Translations under genes and position numbers: made by a program
Assembly: GCA_050114655.1 (NCBI GenBank)
Contig: JASFRZ010000003.1
Location: 1 to 35,325, forward strand
Direction: 5' to 3'
Origin: Acidobacteriota bacterium
GTDB taxonomy: Bacteria > Acidobacteriota > UBA890
DNA: 35,325 bases
Shown here: positions 1 to 8,836 of the stretch, piece by piece
Layout of the letters: the number at the start of each line of letters is the position of its first letter
How positions within the stretch are numbered: position 1 is the stretch's first letter
The notes under the pieces: generated by a model
Told to the model about the DNA's origin: nothing
Seen by the model: only the letters and a program-made list of their open reading frames with translations
Database searches by the model: none

Positions 1-62
1 AAGATCGCCATCAGCAGGAACGTGATGCGCGGCACCGGTGGGGGTCCCTGGTCGGACGTCAT
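1..62 (-). CDS. Possible N-terminus of a gene running off the left edge (MTSDQGPPPVPRITFLLMAI...)
   Basis: ATG at 62-60 on the minus strand, open to the window edge, with a hydrophobic stretch starting. Only about 20 codons are visible. Confidence 0.25.
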   Translation of the reverse strand, partial: MTSDQGPPPVPRITFLLMAI

Positions 63-292
63 GGCCCGCTAGCCTACGGGGGCAGCCGGGAACGTGCAAA
101 GGAGCCATGCAATGAAGACGGGAGCGCATGCGTGCGTCGTCGCAGTCTTCTCACCGGAGGTGACGAAGCGGCCCGGGTCGAGGCCGAGCGGATGGCGGCC
201 ATCGTCGACCGGGCCCGCGCCGGGTGTCTTATCCAGCAGGGTGCCGAACGACGCTCGCGGCGGCACCCCGCTGGTTATGCATGCGGCCGTCC

Positions 293-1324
293 TTACTGGT
301 TGGCGTCGATGCGCCGCATGCTCATCTCGAACGTCATGCTCACGGACGAGCACTGAGAGACCCCGCCCGAGGGGAACAGGTGGCTCGGGCCGGAGAGGTC
401 GAAAAGGTGGCCCGACGACGTGATCGTGCGCACGTCGGCGTCGAGGCTGTCGACCGCGACCGGGATGGACTCGCCCTGCGAAGTGAGCCGCCAGAAGTTC
501 TCGTCGGTGTCGACAACGACATCGGTGTGGAAACTGATGCTCATGTCGGTGACTCCGGGTTCGGATTGGCCGGCCTTCTTTTGGTCCTTCTTGGACGTGT
601 GCATGTCCTCGAAGGGCCACGCCGTGATGATCGGAACGGCGGTCTCGGCGTTTTCGCCACTGCTGTTTGGCCAGACGATCATCCCGGCAGCCAACGTCAC
701 CGCGCAGCTGTCGGCGTCCTCGACGAAGCCGGTCTGGGCGGCGATGCCGCCCGACATGATCGCCGGGTTGCCGCTGCCGTCCACAAGGTAGCGAAACCTG
801 TTGCAGGCGCAGGCGCCGCCGGAATCGGGCTCGCCGGGTGCGCCGGCGTCGTTCTTGTCGAACACGACGGTGAAGGTGCGGGCATCGTCGACGTTCTCCG
901 GTGCCAGGTCGCAGCGCGAGCTGTCGGCGAGCCGCCGCGAAAACCGCAGGCGCGCCTGTCCGGGCGAGCTGTTGCTGGAGATCTCGAACTGGGCGCACGG
1001 ATCGGAGAAGGTTCCGGTGCCGGCGAAATCGAGCAGGTAATCCTGGTAGACAACGTGGTCGAGCGGCGTTGCCGGGGTCTCCAGCTCGCCATCGGGGGCT
1101 ACGCGATGCTTGCCGTCGCTGCGAAGTTGCGCGCCGACGAGGGAATCGTTGATCGTCAACTGAACGACGTAATTCGGATCGGGGTTGCCGCCGCCGTTGC
1201 CGCCGCCACCACCACCACGGCCGCCCTGGGCTGCCTGCCGCTGCTGCCCGAAGGCGTCGGATCCCGCCACGGTGGACCCGACCGCCAACAAGAAAACGAA
1301 CAATACCAACGCCATGCGCTTCAT
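293..1324 (-). CDS. Secreted hypothetical protein (343 aa) with signal peptide, Gly-rich linker and six Cys
   Basis: AGGAGG RBS just upstream of the ATG. MKRMALVLFVFLLAVGSTVAG...AFG is signal-peptide-like, followed by a QGGRGGGGGGNGGGN linker and a protein-like, beta-rich composition. No recognisable family. Confidence 0.8.
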   Translation of the reverse strand: MKRMALVLFVFLLAVGSTVAGSDAFGQQRQAAQGGRGGGGGGNGGGNPDPNYVVQLTINDSLVGAQLRSDGKHRVAPDGELETPATPLDHVVYQDYLLDFAGTGTFSDPCAQFEISSNSSPGQARLRFSRRLADSSRCDLAPENVDDARTFTVVFDKNDAGAPGEPDSGGACACNRFRYLVDGSGNPAIMSGGIAAQTGFVEDADSCAVTLAAGMIVWPNSSGENAETAVPIITAWPFEDMHTSKKDQKKAGQSEPGVTDMSISFHTDVVVDTDENFWRLTSQGESIPVAVDSLDADVRTITSSGHLFDLSGPSHLFPSGGVSQCSSVSMTFEMSMRRIDANQ

Positions 1325-1449
1325 GCGTCCCTCCTGTTTGCCCTTGAGTCGCTGCGACCCGAGGGCTTAGCCTAAAACCGCCACGGGGACCCGATGGGGA
1401 TCCTTGTCCGTACGCCGGGGCAACGTACGCGGGCGCGGGTGCCGAAGTC

Positions 1450-1495
1450 CTCAGATCCACCTCAAGAACCCTCAAGAAGGCTCAAACGAGTGTCA
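1450..1495. promoter_or_regulatory. Five phased direct repeats (C/G)TCA(A/G); candidate operator for a wHTH regulator
   Basis: ctcagatccac-ctcaagaacc-ctcaagaagg-ctcaaacgagt-gtca. TCA starts at 1451, 1462, 1472, 1482 and 1493 (spacings 11, 10, 10, 11), in the divergent intergenic region. Confidence 0.6.
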
Positions 1496-1534
1496 GACCA
1501 GAGGGCAAATTCGTCGGCGAAGGGCGAAGCGACG

Positions 1535-3778
1535 GTGTCGAGCGGCCCTTCGACCCGAGGCATCGTCGGCTTCGGGTCGTTTTGCTTCGACCACCGCAGC
1601 GGGCTGCTGTCGCGCGACGGGGAGGAAATCGCCCTATCGCCAAAGGGGCGCGAGTTGCTCGAATGCCTGCTGGAGCAACCCGGCACCGTGATTACCAAGG
1701 AGGCGCTTCTCGAGAGGGTCTGGGGTGATACGGCGGTCACCGATCATTCCCTCACCGAGGCGATACGGGGCCTGCGCAAAGTCCTCGGCGACGATCCGAG
1801 ATCGCCGCGCTACATCCAGACGGTGCACCGCAAGGGCTACCGGTTCATTGCCGCTGTCGGGCGCCCGGACGGTGCCGAGATCGAGGCGCGGCCCGCGGCC
1901 GCATCGGCACCGGGAGCGCTTCGGCCGGCGCCCGTGGCGCGCACGCGATGGGGCCCGGCGGGGTGGGTGCTGGCCGGCGTGGGTGTCGGCGCAATCCTGG
2001 CCGGCGTCGCGTTCGTTTCCTCGAGGGGCCCCGCGATGCCTGCTCCCGAACCGGTCGTGTTTTCGATTGACGCGCCCGACGGCGCTTCCTTTCCGACCTC
2101 GGTCCAGAGTCTCTCGATTACACCGGACGGCTCGACGATCTACTACACGGTGCTCTCTGAGTTCGCGGGGGGGAGCCTCTACGAACACCCGCTCGGCGGC
2201 GGGTCAGTGGGGCCGGTGCCGGAAACTCGTGACGTTCCCATGGACACTGGCTTCATTTCGGCGGATGGAGAGCGCCTCGGATTCATGCAGAACTCGTCGG
2301 TAGGCGTGCTGTCGTTGGCCAGCGGAGAAACTACGGAGGTCTGTGCTCAGTGCTCGTTCGACGCGCCGAGGACCAATGGCGAAGGCGCCGCGTGGGCCGG
2401 GGACGACGCCATCGTGTTCACCTCTCGCGGCGCCTTGATGAAGGTGCCGACGGCGGGCGGTGAACCGCGAGAGCTCATCGGGCCCGGACCTGAGAATACC
2501 GGTGGTGGCTACACGATGCCGAGCTCGCTACCCGGGGGGGACTGGGTGCTAGCGACCCGCAACTTCGGCCGCGCCCTAGATGGCGCGAGCATCGTTGCGA
2601 TCAACGTCGAGACCGGCGAGGAAATCGAGGTGGTCGAGGACGGCGCCAGTCCGCGATTCGCGGCAAGCGGCGGCCTTGGTGGCGGCGGGCATGTGGTTTT
2701 CGTGCGTGACGGCGATTTCTGGGCGCTGCCTTTCGATCCCGTGTCTCGCCTTGCCACGGGCCAATCGAGGTTCGTTCGCGGCGGCGTCTTGATATCGGCG
2801 GACAGCGGCCAGGCGCACCTCACGATCTCCGATACGGGCACACTCGCCTACATCCCCGGCGATGAGTACCGGCGTTTGGTCGACATCGTTTCGGTGGATC
2901 GAGCGAACAACCGGGAAACGATGATCGAGGAGGGGCCCGGCTTCAATGATGTCCGGTTGTCGCCGGACGGCACCCTGCTCGCCGTCGAGGCACTCGACGG
3001 ACGCGATACCGACATCAGGATCTACGATGTAGCCAGCGGCGCTCATCTCCGCACCTTCGGCTCCGAGGGTATCGACGAGGCCGCCCCGGTGTTCAGCCCC
3101 GACAGCAGTCGCGTTGCGTTCGCCTCCAACGCGGGCGATACATCCACGATTCGTTGGGCGGCGACTGATGGCAATTTGACGGACACCTACGGTGGTACCG
3201 ACATCATTGCAACGACGGAAGCTCGTCTGACGCCCGAGTCGTGGTCCGTCGATGGACGCATCGCGTATGTCGCGGAGAGCGACGGAGATTGGGATGTCTG
3301 GACCGTTGACATCGGCGGACGCGACCCGATGCCCGTCGCGCAGACTTCGAGCATCGAGAGATCCGCGACGTTCTCGCCCGACGGTCTGTGGCTTGCGTAC
3401 GCCTGGGAGTCGGTTGCCGACGGGTCGTTCGGTGTGCGCGTCGTTGCGGCGGGTGACGGCAGAGAAGTGGCGACGGTCGACGCTTGGGGCACCCACCTGC
3501 AGTGGAGTGTGGACGGTTTCGAGATCTTCTACGCCGGCCCGGGCCTGCGGAGCATACCTGTGTTGTCGGCGCCGGGAGTCGAGCCGGGGTTTCGTCTCGG
3601 CGAGCCGGCCAGGGTCGGCCCGACAGGGCTGTACCGGCACCGATTCGGCGTCTCGCCCGACGCGCGAACGTTCACGTTCGTCGACGATCGATCGTGGGCG
3701 CAGCCGTTGGCCACCAAGATCGTCGTTGTCCTCAACTGGTTCGAGGAGCTGAACCGGTTGGCGCCGTCTGGGCGATAG
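1535..3778 (+). CDS. Membrane-anchored transcriptional regulator: CadC/ToxR-type winged HTH (Trans_reg_C) + TM helix + TolB/PD40-like beta-propeller
   Basis: The N-terminus FGSFCFD...[71 protein letters not shown] is a classic Trans_reg_C domain. TM segment [20 protein letters not shown]40-type repeats (ITPDG, LSPDG, FSPDS, WSVDG, FSPDG, VSPDA). C-terminus [12 protein letters not shown] start at 1535 is preferred; the ORF is open from 1394. Confidence 0.9.
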   Translation: MSSGPSTRGIVGFGSFCFDHRSGLLSRDGEEIALSPKGRELLECLLEQPGTVITKEALLERVWGDTAVTDHSLTEAIRGLRKVLGDDPRSPRYIQTVHRKGYRFIAAVGRPDGAEIEARPAAASAPGALRPAPVARTRWGPAGWVLAGVGVGAILAGVAFVSSRGPAMPAPEPVVFSIDAPDGASFPTSVQSLSITPDGSTIYYTVLSEFAGGSLYEHPLGGGSVGPVPETRDVPMDTGFISADGERLGFMQNSSVGVLSLASGETTEVCAQCSFDAPRTNGEGAAWAGDDAIVFTSRGALMKVPTAGGEPRELIGPGPENTGGGYTMPSSLPGGDWVLATRNFGRALDGASIVAINVETGEEIEVVEDGASPRFAASGGLGGGGHVVFVRDGDFWALPFDPVSRLATGQSRFVRGGVLISADSGQAHLTISDTGTLAYIPGDEYRRLVDIVSVDRANNRETMIEEGPGFNDVRLSPDGTLLAVEALDGRDTDIRIYDVASGAHLRTFGSEGIDEAAPVFSPDSSRVAFASNAGDTSTIRWAATDGNLTDTYGGTDIIATTEARLTPESWSVDGRIAYVAESDGDWDVWTVDIGGRDPMPVAQTSSIERSATFSPDGLWLAYAWESVADGSFGVRVVAAGDGREVATVDAWGTHLQWSVDGFEIFYAGPGLRSIPVLSAPGVEPGFRLGEPARVGPTGLYRHRFGVSPDARTFTFVDDRSWAQPLATKIVVVLNWFEELNRLAPSGR

Positions 3779-3870
3779 TCCGGCGACAAAGCCGCGCTGC
3801 GCAGATACACGTCGCCGCCGAGGACCATTGCCCGCGAGGCGGTAGCAAGAAGATGCAAAGGAGCCGCGCC

Positions 3871-4583
3871 ATGAAGTCGGGAGGGTACTCACGAATCGCC
3901 ACCGTGGTCCTGTTCGCCCTGCTTTTCCTGATCGTCGGGACGTTCGTTCCAGAAGCCCCCGGCCAAGACACGCAGGAGCGGCTGTCTCCGATCGTCCCGC
4001 TGCGTGGCTCCCTGGAACGGATCACGGTCCACGGCGTGTCTCTCGAGGGCAATCTCGAGGGCGACACACCGGATCGCCCGGTGACGGTGTATCTGCCGCC
4101 GAGCTACGCCACCGACGCGCAGCGCAGGTACCCCGTGCTCTACATCCTGCACGGCTTCACTGACTCCGATCTCAACTGGATGGGCTGGCGCGAGCACTTC
4201 GTCAACGTGCCGGCGGCGATGGAGCGCGCTCTCGATGCCGGCACGGTGCGCGAGATGATCATCGTCATGCCCAACGCCTACACGGCCTATGCCGGCAGCA
4301 TGTACTCGAGCTCGGTGACCACCGGCGACTGGGAGACGTTCGCATCTTCGCCGCCATCGATCAGTACATTCCGGAGCTGCGCTCGCTGACGGCGATCGCG
4401 CTCGATTGCGGCGCGCAGGACGGGCTTGTCGGCGGGACGCGCGAGCTGTCCCGCATCCTGGACGAATGCGGCATCGAGCACACCTCCGAGATCTACGACC
4501 CGGGCAATCACGTCAGCCACGTCGACGGGCAGGTGGAGCGGCGCGTGCTGCCGTTCTTCTCGCGCCACCTCGACTCGAACTGA
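3871..4583 (+). pseudogene. Secreted putative esterase (PF00756-like alpha/beta hydrolase) with internal deletion and frameshift
   Basis: AAGGAG RBS and ATG at 3871, signal peptide, then VYLPPSY...YPVLYILHG...IIVMPN...GDWETF in one frame. The C-terminal part ([26 protein letters not shown]...EIYDPGNH...VLPFFSRHL*, 4344-4583) is in another frame. No GxSxG nucleophile motif is present. Confidence 0.8.
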
Positions 4584-4690
4584 ATCCCGCCATCGGGCCG
4601 CGCGATGAGCGCGACAGGGGTGTGCTTCCGGAATGTCGGAATGGCGATATGCTCTGATGACCCCGAGGGACCCATGAACAGGGGGCGAGG

Positions 4691-5683
4691 ATGATCGACG
4701 TTCGTTCACCGGCTCCTGATCGCCCGTACGTGACCATTGCGCCCGATGTCGCGGGCTCCGCGGTCACGGCGCTCGATCCGGAGCTGCTGATCACGCACTA
4801 CAAGCAGAGCGGAGCGCTCCTGCTACGCGGGTTCGCCCTGGACGTCGACGATTTCCGCACGATCGCCTCGTGGTTCTGCGAAACCTCGGTCTTCAACGAG
4901 AGTCGTAACCGCAAGCTGATCGACGAGACGAACATCATCCAGACGGTGAGTCTCGGGGACCGGGCGTTCCCGCTCCACCCCGAGCTGGCGAGGGAGCCGT
5001 GGATGCCGGATATCTGCATGTTCGGCTGCCTCAAGCCGCCCAGCGTAGCCGGCGAGACGCTGATCTGCGACGGCATCGAAATTGTCAAGCGGCTGCCGGC
5101 GCCGGTGGTCGACCTCCTGGAGGCGAGGAGGTTCCGCTACGATCGTCCGGCGACGCGCGAGGAGTGCATCTACTGGCTGCGGCGCGTCGACCCGGGGGAC
5201 GAGTTGCTCGACCACCCTCCGACGGGCTGTCCGTATCGATTCCGTAGGCAGGACGGGGCGATCATCCGCTACTTTTCTCGGCCCGCCCTGCACAGACCGA
5301 TGTTTGCCGACGAGTTGGCCTTCGGCAGCTTTCTCCTGTTCGGCAGATACGCGAGGAAGTTGATGGACTATCCCGTCTTCGAAACGGGCGAGACCGTTTC
5401 GAGCGAGCTGACGGAGGAGATCAAGAAAGTCTCCGACGAGATCAAGGTACCGATCTCGTGGCGGCAAGGGGACGTCGTCATTCTCGACAACACCCGCTTC
5501 ATGCACGGGCGGAATGCGGTCCACGACACCGAGGAGCGGCTGATCCTCAGCTACTTCGGCTATCTCAAGTTCGCCATCCCCAGCGACGAGGAGCCGCCGG
5601 ACGCAATCTGGCGTCGACAGGTGTTCCGTCCCCCGATCACCATGACGCTTGCCGAGGCGCTCGCCGCGGTCGCAAATTCCTGA
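4691..5683 (+). CDS. TauD/TfdA-family Fe(II)/2-oxoglutarate-dependent dioxygenase
   Basis: GALLLRGF, an HxE facial-triad start (FPLHPE), FGCLKPPSVAGETLICDG, and WRQGDVVILDNTRFMHGR (distal His and 2OG-binding Arg). Confidence 0.88.
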   Translation: MIDVRSPAPDRPYVTIAPDVAGSAVTALDPELLITHYKQSGALLLRGFALDVDDFRTIASWFCETSVFNESRNRKLIDETNIIQTVSLGDRAFPLHPELAREPWMPDICMFGCLKPPSVAGETLICDGIEIVKRLPAPVVDLLEARRFRYDRPATREECIYWLRRVDPGDELLDHPPTGCPYRFRRQDGAIIRYFSRPALHRPMFADELAFGSFLLFGRYARKLMDYPVFETGETVSSELTEEIKKVSDEIKVPISWRQGDVVILDNTRFMHGRNAVHDTEERLILSYFGYLKFAIPSDEEPPDAIWRRQVFRPPITMTLAEALAAVANS

Positions 5684-5690
5684 GCCTCCC

Positions 5691-6593
5691 TCACGCACTG
5701 AGCGCGCGGCATTCGGTCTCCCGGCCACGCACGACACGCTGCCCTTCGAGTGGCCCGCTGGTCTCGGTTACCACCGTGCACTGTCCCTCCTCGTGGTCAT
5801 CGTCGTAGAAGTAGATGACCACCCAGTCGTCGGTCCGGCCGAGCTGATGCGCGCGAGCCGTGTTGGAGAACAGCGCGGTGAAGTGCCAGCCGTCGTGCTC
5901 GGTGTGCAGAATGGGCAGCCACTCCTTGCCCTCGGGGTTGAAGCGGCGCGGCGCGATGCGGGGCAACCGGTCGGTCGCCGCCCCGTCGCGGTACTCGCGA
6001 TCGACGGCGAGCAGCGTGCGGACGTCAGGCCGCTGCTGCCGGCGACGCCGTGAGCGCTCGCGGCTGCGCCGGCCGAGCCTGCTCTCCAGCTCGGCGCGCA
6101 CCATTGCCGCCCGCCGGGGTCCGATACCGTCGACCTTTTCCAGCCGTCCATCGTGGGCGGCGATCTCCAGGCCCTCGAGGGTGTCGATATCGAGCCGGTC
6201 GTGGATGCGCTCGGCGAGCTCGGGACCGAGGCCCGGGATGGTCTGGAAGAGACGCTCGGGTTCGAGATGGCCGCGCAGGCGTTCCAGCAGGCTCCAGCGA
6301 CCCGAGCGCGCCATCTCTTCGATGGCGCCGCCGATGCCGGAGCCGATGCCCGGCAGGCGCAGCAGCCCCTCGATGCCATCATGCGACAGGATCTCGTCGA
6401 CACCGCGGTCGAGCTGCTCGACGTTGTCCGCAGCGCGGCGGTAGGCGCGCGCGCGAAACGGATTGGCGTCCTGCTGATCGAGAAGCGCCGCCGCCTCCCG
6501 CAGGCGCTCGGCGACGTCGCGGTTGATCCCCGAAGCGCCATCGCCGCGCTCCCGCCGATCCGCCGACTCCTGGTCGCTTCCCGTGGTTGCCAT
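5691..6593 (-). CDS. Helix-hairpin-helix DNA-binding protein with PolX-like N-terminal (8 kDa + fingers) domains and an unrecognised C-terminal domain
   Basis: NRDVAERL...ANPFRARAYRRAA and HhH motifs LPGIGSG, IPGLGPE, VDGIGPR match the PolX N-terminus. No nucleotidyltransferase palm or PHP domain. GGAGG RBS upstream. Confidence 0.85.
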   Translation of the reverse strand: MATTGSDQESADRRERGDGASGINRDVAERLREAAALLDQQDANPFRARAYRRAADNVEQLDRGVDEILSHDGIEGLLRLPGIGSGIGGAIEEMARSGRWSLLERLRGHLEPERLFQTIPGLGPELAERIHDRLDIDTLEGLEIAAHDGRLEKVDGIGPRRAAMVRAELESRLGRRSRERSRRRRQQRPDVRTLLAVDREYRDGAATDRLPRIAPRRFNPEGKEWLPILHTEHDGWHFTALFSNTARAHQLGRTDDWVVIYFYDDDHEEGQCTVVTETSGPLEGQRVVRGRETECRALSA

Positions 6594-6682
6594 CGCCCGC
6601 CCCTCCGGCTGCCGAGCATCACGCTGACTACAACGGTACCGCAGCGCGGCTCTGCCGCGGACGGATCGGGCTTCCAGCGCGA

Positions 6683-6976
6683 GTCCAGGGGGAAGGCGTC
6701 GACGCGTAGCAGCCGCCAGTCGTCGCCGCTGCGTGCCCAGACCTCGGCCAGTGCCGTCGTGGAACGGGACCGCTGGCCGTCGGGGCCGATGTAGGTCTCG
6801 CTGACGATGCGGCGGGTAAAGGCGTGGCCGTCGCGCACGTCGATCTGCAGGTTACGGCTGCTGCGTTCGCCGACACGCCAGCCCTCCTGCCACCATTCGA
6901 CGATTCCCTCGACCCAGCTTGCCTTCCCGTCGATCTCATCATTGCCCGCCGTCCAGCGGCTGGAGTCCGGATGGGC
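6683..6976 (-). pseudogene. Remnant of an NTF2-like / DUF4440 domain gene
   Basis: The frame reads HPDSSRWTAGNDEIDGKASWVEG...RNLQIDVRDGHAFTRRIVSETYIGPDGQRSRSTTALAEVWARSGDDWRLLRVD, which has an NTF2-like pattern. It is preceded by an in-frame TAA (6979-6977) with no start codon for the N-terminal part, and no stop follows the domain. Confidence 0.5.
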
Positions 6977-7091
6977 TTACCGGTGTGGTGTCACCGCGCT
7001 TGCAACACGTCGAAACTCTCGCTATCACTGGCGGCATATCACGCCGTCCACCCTTCACGCCGGATGGCGGGCTGGGTCGGAGCAACCTTCA

Positions 7092-8822
7092 ATGACCAAC
7101 GGATCTTCGCGTCGAGTGTTGTTGGCACGGATAGCCGTGCCCTTGATCGTCGGCTTCGCGCTGGCGGTGATCGTGAGCACGGTCATCGCAGCGTTCGAGT
7201 TTCGCTTCCTGATGCCCTACTGGGACATGACCTCCTTCTGGCAGGTGTACTTCGCGGCGAAGGACCAAGGCCTGCTATGGCAGCTGCTTCTGAGCGGAGT
7301 CAACACCCCGGATCAGCGGGTATTCCTCTTGCCTTGGTTCACGGTGTTCGATCGCTGGCTGGTGCGGGGGAACGGCGTCTCGATGATCGCCGGCAACTTT
7401 TTGTTCGTAGCCGCGGCGATGGCCTGTGTCCTCTGGTCACGAACGCGAGACACCACCTTGTCGTCGGCGCACAAGCTGGCGGTCGCAGCATTGATGACGG
7501 TGCCGGCCTTCTCGGCGATCCACATCACCCTGGCGCGCCCGCTCTTCGTGGTGCAATACGGGCAGATCGCGTGTTCCGTGCTCGCCTTCGCAGCAGCAGC
7601 CTCGCTGGACGGACGGATCGAGCACGAGGACGAGCGGTCCTTCTTGCTGCCGCTGTCCCTGATCGTGGCCGGCAATCTTTTCGCAACCTTGATGTGGGGA
7701 AGCGGCCTCGTGGGCTGGGGGGTGACGCTCGCGTTCGCGCTGCTCCGGCGCTGGCCCGCGCGCCTCATCGGCAGCCTCTTTGCGGCCGCTGCGGCCACCC
7801 TCGCCGCCTTCTACTTCGCCTCATCGGCCGTTCCACGAACCTTCTCTGTACGCCTGACCGATCTCGAGCCGTTGGTGTTTATCGTCCACGTAGTTGACTA
7901 TCTGGCGAATCCGGCGGCGATCATGCTGTCGGGCTTCTTCGGCCCCGACACCAGCCACGTAGTGGCACAGGTCGTCACGGTGTCGGGACTGGTGCTCATG
8001 GCGGCCTGGATGGCCGCCTGGGTTCGGAGTTCTCGACGGCCGCGGAGCCACTTCGAGCTCCTGGGGCTTCAGATCCTACTGTTCTGTCTCGGTGTGGCCA
8101 TGCTCACTGCACTTGCTCGCAGCCACCTGGGGTCGGACCAGGCGTTCTCTCCGCGGTACAGCTTCCGGGCCACGTGGGCGTGGGTGGTGCTGATCGGAAT
8201 CTGGGTGGGCGACGCTCCACGCAAGCGGCTCGTTCCGAGGCTGGCGATCGTTGCCGTCGTGACGATCGCATTGCTCGGCCCCGCCCAGATACGGGGCATT
8301 GCCACGTACCGAGGAGCTTCGGAGTACTTGCGTCCGGGCTACCTGGCGCTGCTCGCTGGCGTCGACGACAAGGCCGTGACCGAGCGGATCTTTCCGGCCT
8401 CCACGGGGTTGTTCCGGGTCGCTGCACGCTTGAGGGAAGAGCGGCTGGCGATCTTCTCGAGCCCCCCCGCCGGCTGGCTTGGACGCCCGCTGGACGACAG
8501 CTTTCGAACGGATCCATCGCCCATCGCGGGCACCTGGGAAGCGAGCGAAGTCCCGACTGATCCGTACGGCATCGTCGTCGAAGGCGTTTGTCAACCGGAC
8601 GACACCCGGATCGAGTGGTTCCTCATCGTTGATGCAAATGGGATCGTGCGCGGAATCGGGAGGCCGCTTCGCTATCGTGATACCGATTCCCCTTCGTTCC
8701 GCTGGCGGGGATACGCGGCGATGCGGCCAGCCCAGAACGAGTACCGGGTCTACGTGCTCGATGAGCGCAGCGGAGCGGTCCGCCCGCTACGGCAGGACGC
8801 GGCCGCGCCGGGCAGCGATTGA
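7092..8822 (+). CDS. Polytopic membrane protein, probable GT-C-fold glycosyltransferase-like
   Basis: Many hydrophobic segments, a first external loop with PYWD, a late SPRY motif and a soluble C-terminal domain. ATG 7092 chosen; the ORF is open from 6807. The function is inferred. Confidence 0.6.
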   Translation: MTNGSSRRVLLARIAVPLIVGFALAVIVSTVIAAFEFRFLMPYWDMTSFWQVYFAAKDQGLLWQLLLSGVNTPDQRVFLLPWFTVFDRWLVRGNGVSMIAGNFLFVAAAMACVLWSRTRDTTLSSAHKLAVAALMTVPAFSAIHITLARPLFVVQYGQIACSVLAFAAAASLDGRIEHEDERSFLLPLSLIVAGNLFATLMWGSGLVGWGVTLAFALLRRWPARLIGSLFAAAAATLAAFYFASSAVPRTFSVRLTDLEPLVFIVHVVDYLANPAAIMLSGFFGPDTSHVVAQVVTVSGLVLMAAWMAAWVRSSRRPRSHFELLGLQILLFCLGVAMLTALARSHLGSDQAFSPRYSFRATWAWVVLIGIWVGDAPRKRLVPRLAIVAVVTIALLGPAQIRGIATYRGASEYLRPGYLALLAGVDDKAVTERIFPASTGLFRVAARLREERLAIFSSPPAGWLGRPLDDSFRTDPSPIAGTWEASEVPTDPYGIVVEGVCQPDDTRIEWFLIVDANGIVRGIGRPLRYRDTDSPSFRWRGYAAMRPAQNEYRVYVLDERSGAVRPLRQDAAAPGSD

Positions 8823-8836
8823 CGGGCTCCTCGCAG

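Noticed and set aside
227-270. CTTATCCAG...GGTGCC resembling the start of a SAM-I riboswitch
   Set aside because: The P2/P3 elements (GAGGGA...GGCCC, GCAACC) are absent and there is no downstream gene on that strand.
69-1475. Long alternative ORFs (69-1475 minus, 224-1375 plus) and many similar ones across the window, e.g. 2576-3892, 10137-11618, 15322-17307, 22316-23629
   Set aside because: Arg/Pro/Ala-rich shadow or antisense frames of well-supported genes, as expected in high-GC DNA.
1450-1495. Short repeats considered as a mini-CRISPR or iterons
   Set aside because: The units are only about 10 bp with no spacers, and there is no cas or rep gene. An operator fits better.
4330-4389. Programmed ribosomal frameshift in the esterase
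   Set aside because: There is no slippery heptamer, and the joined product would still lack the catalytic serine region.
5691-6593. Calling this gene polX
   Set aside because: It has no nucleotidyltransferase palm or PHP domain and is only 300 aa.
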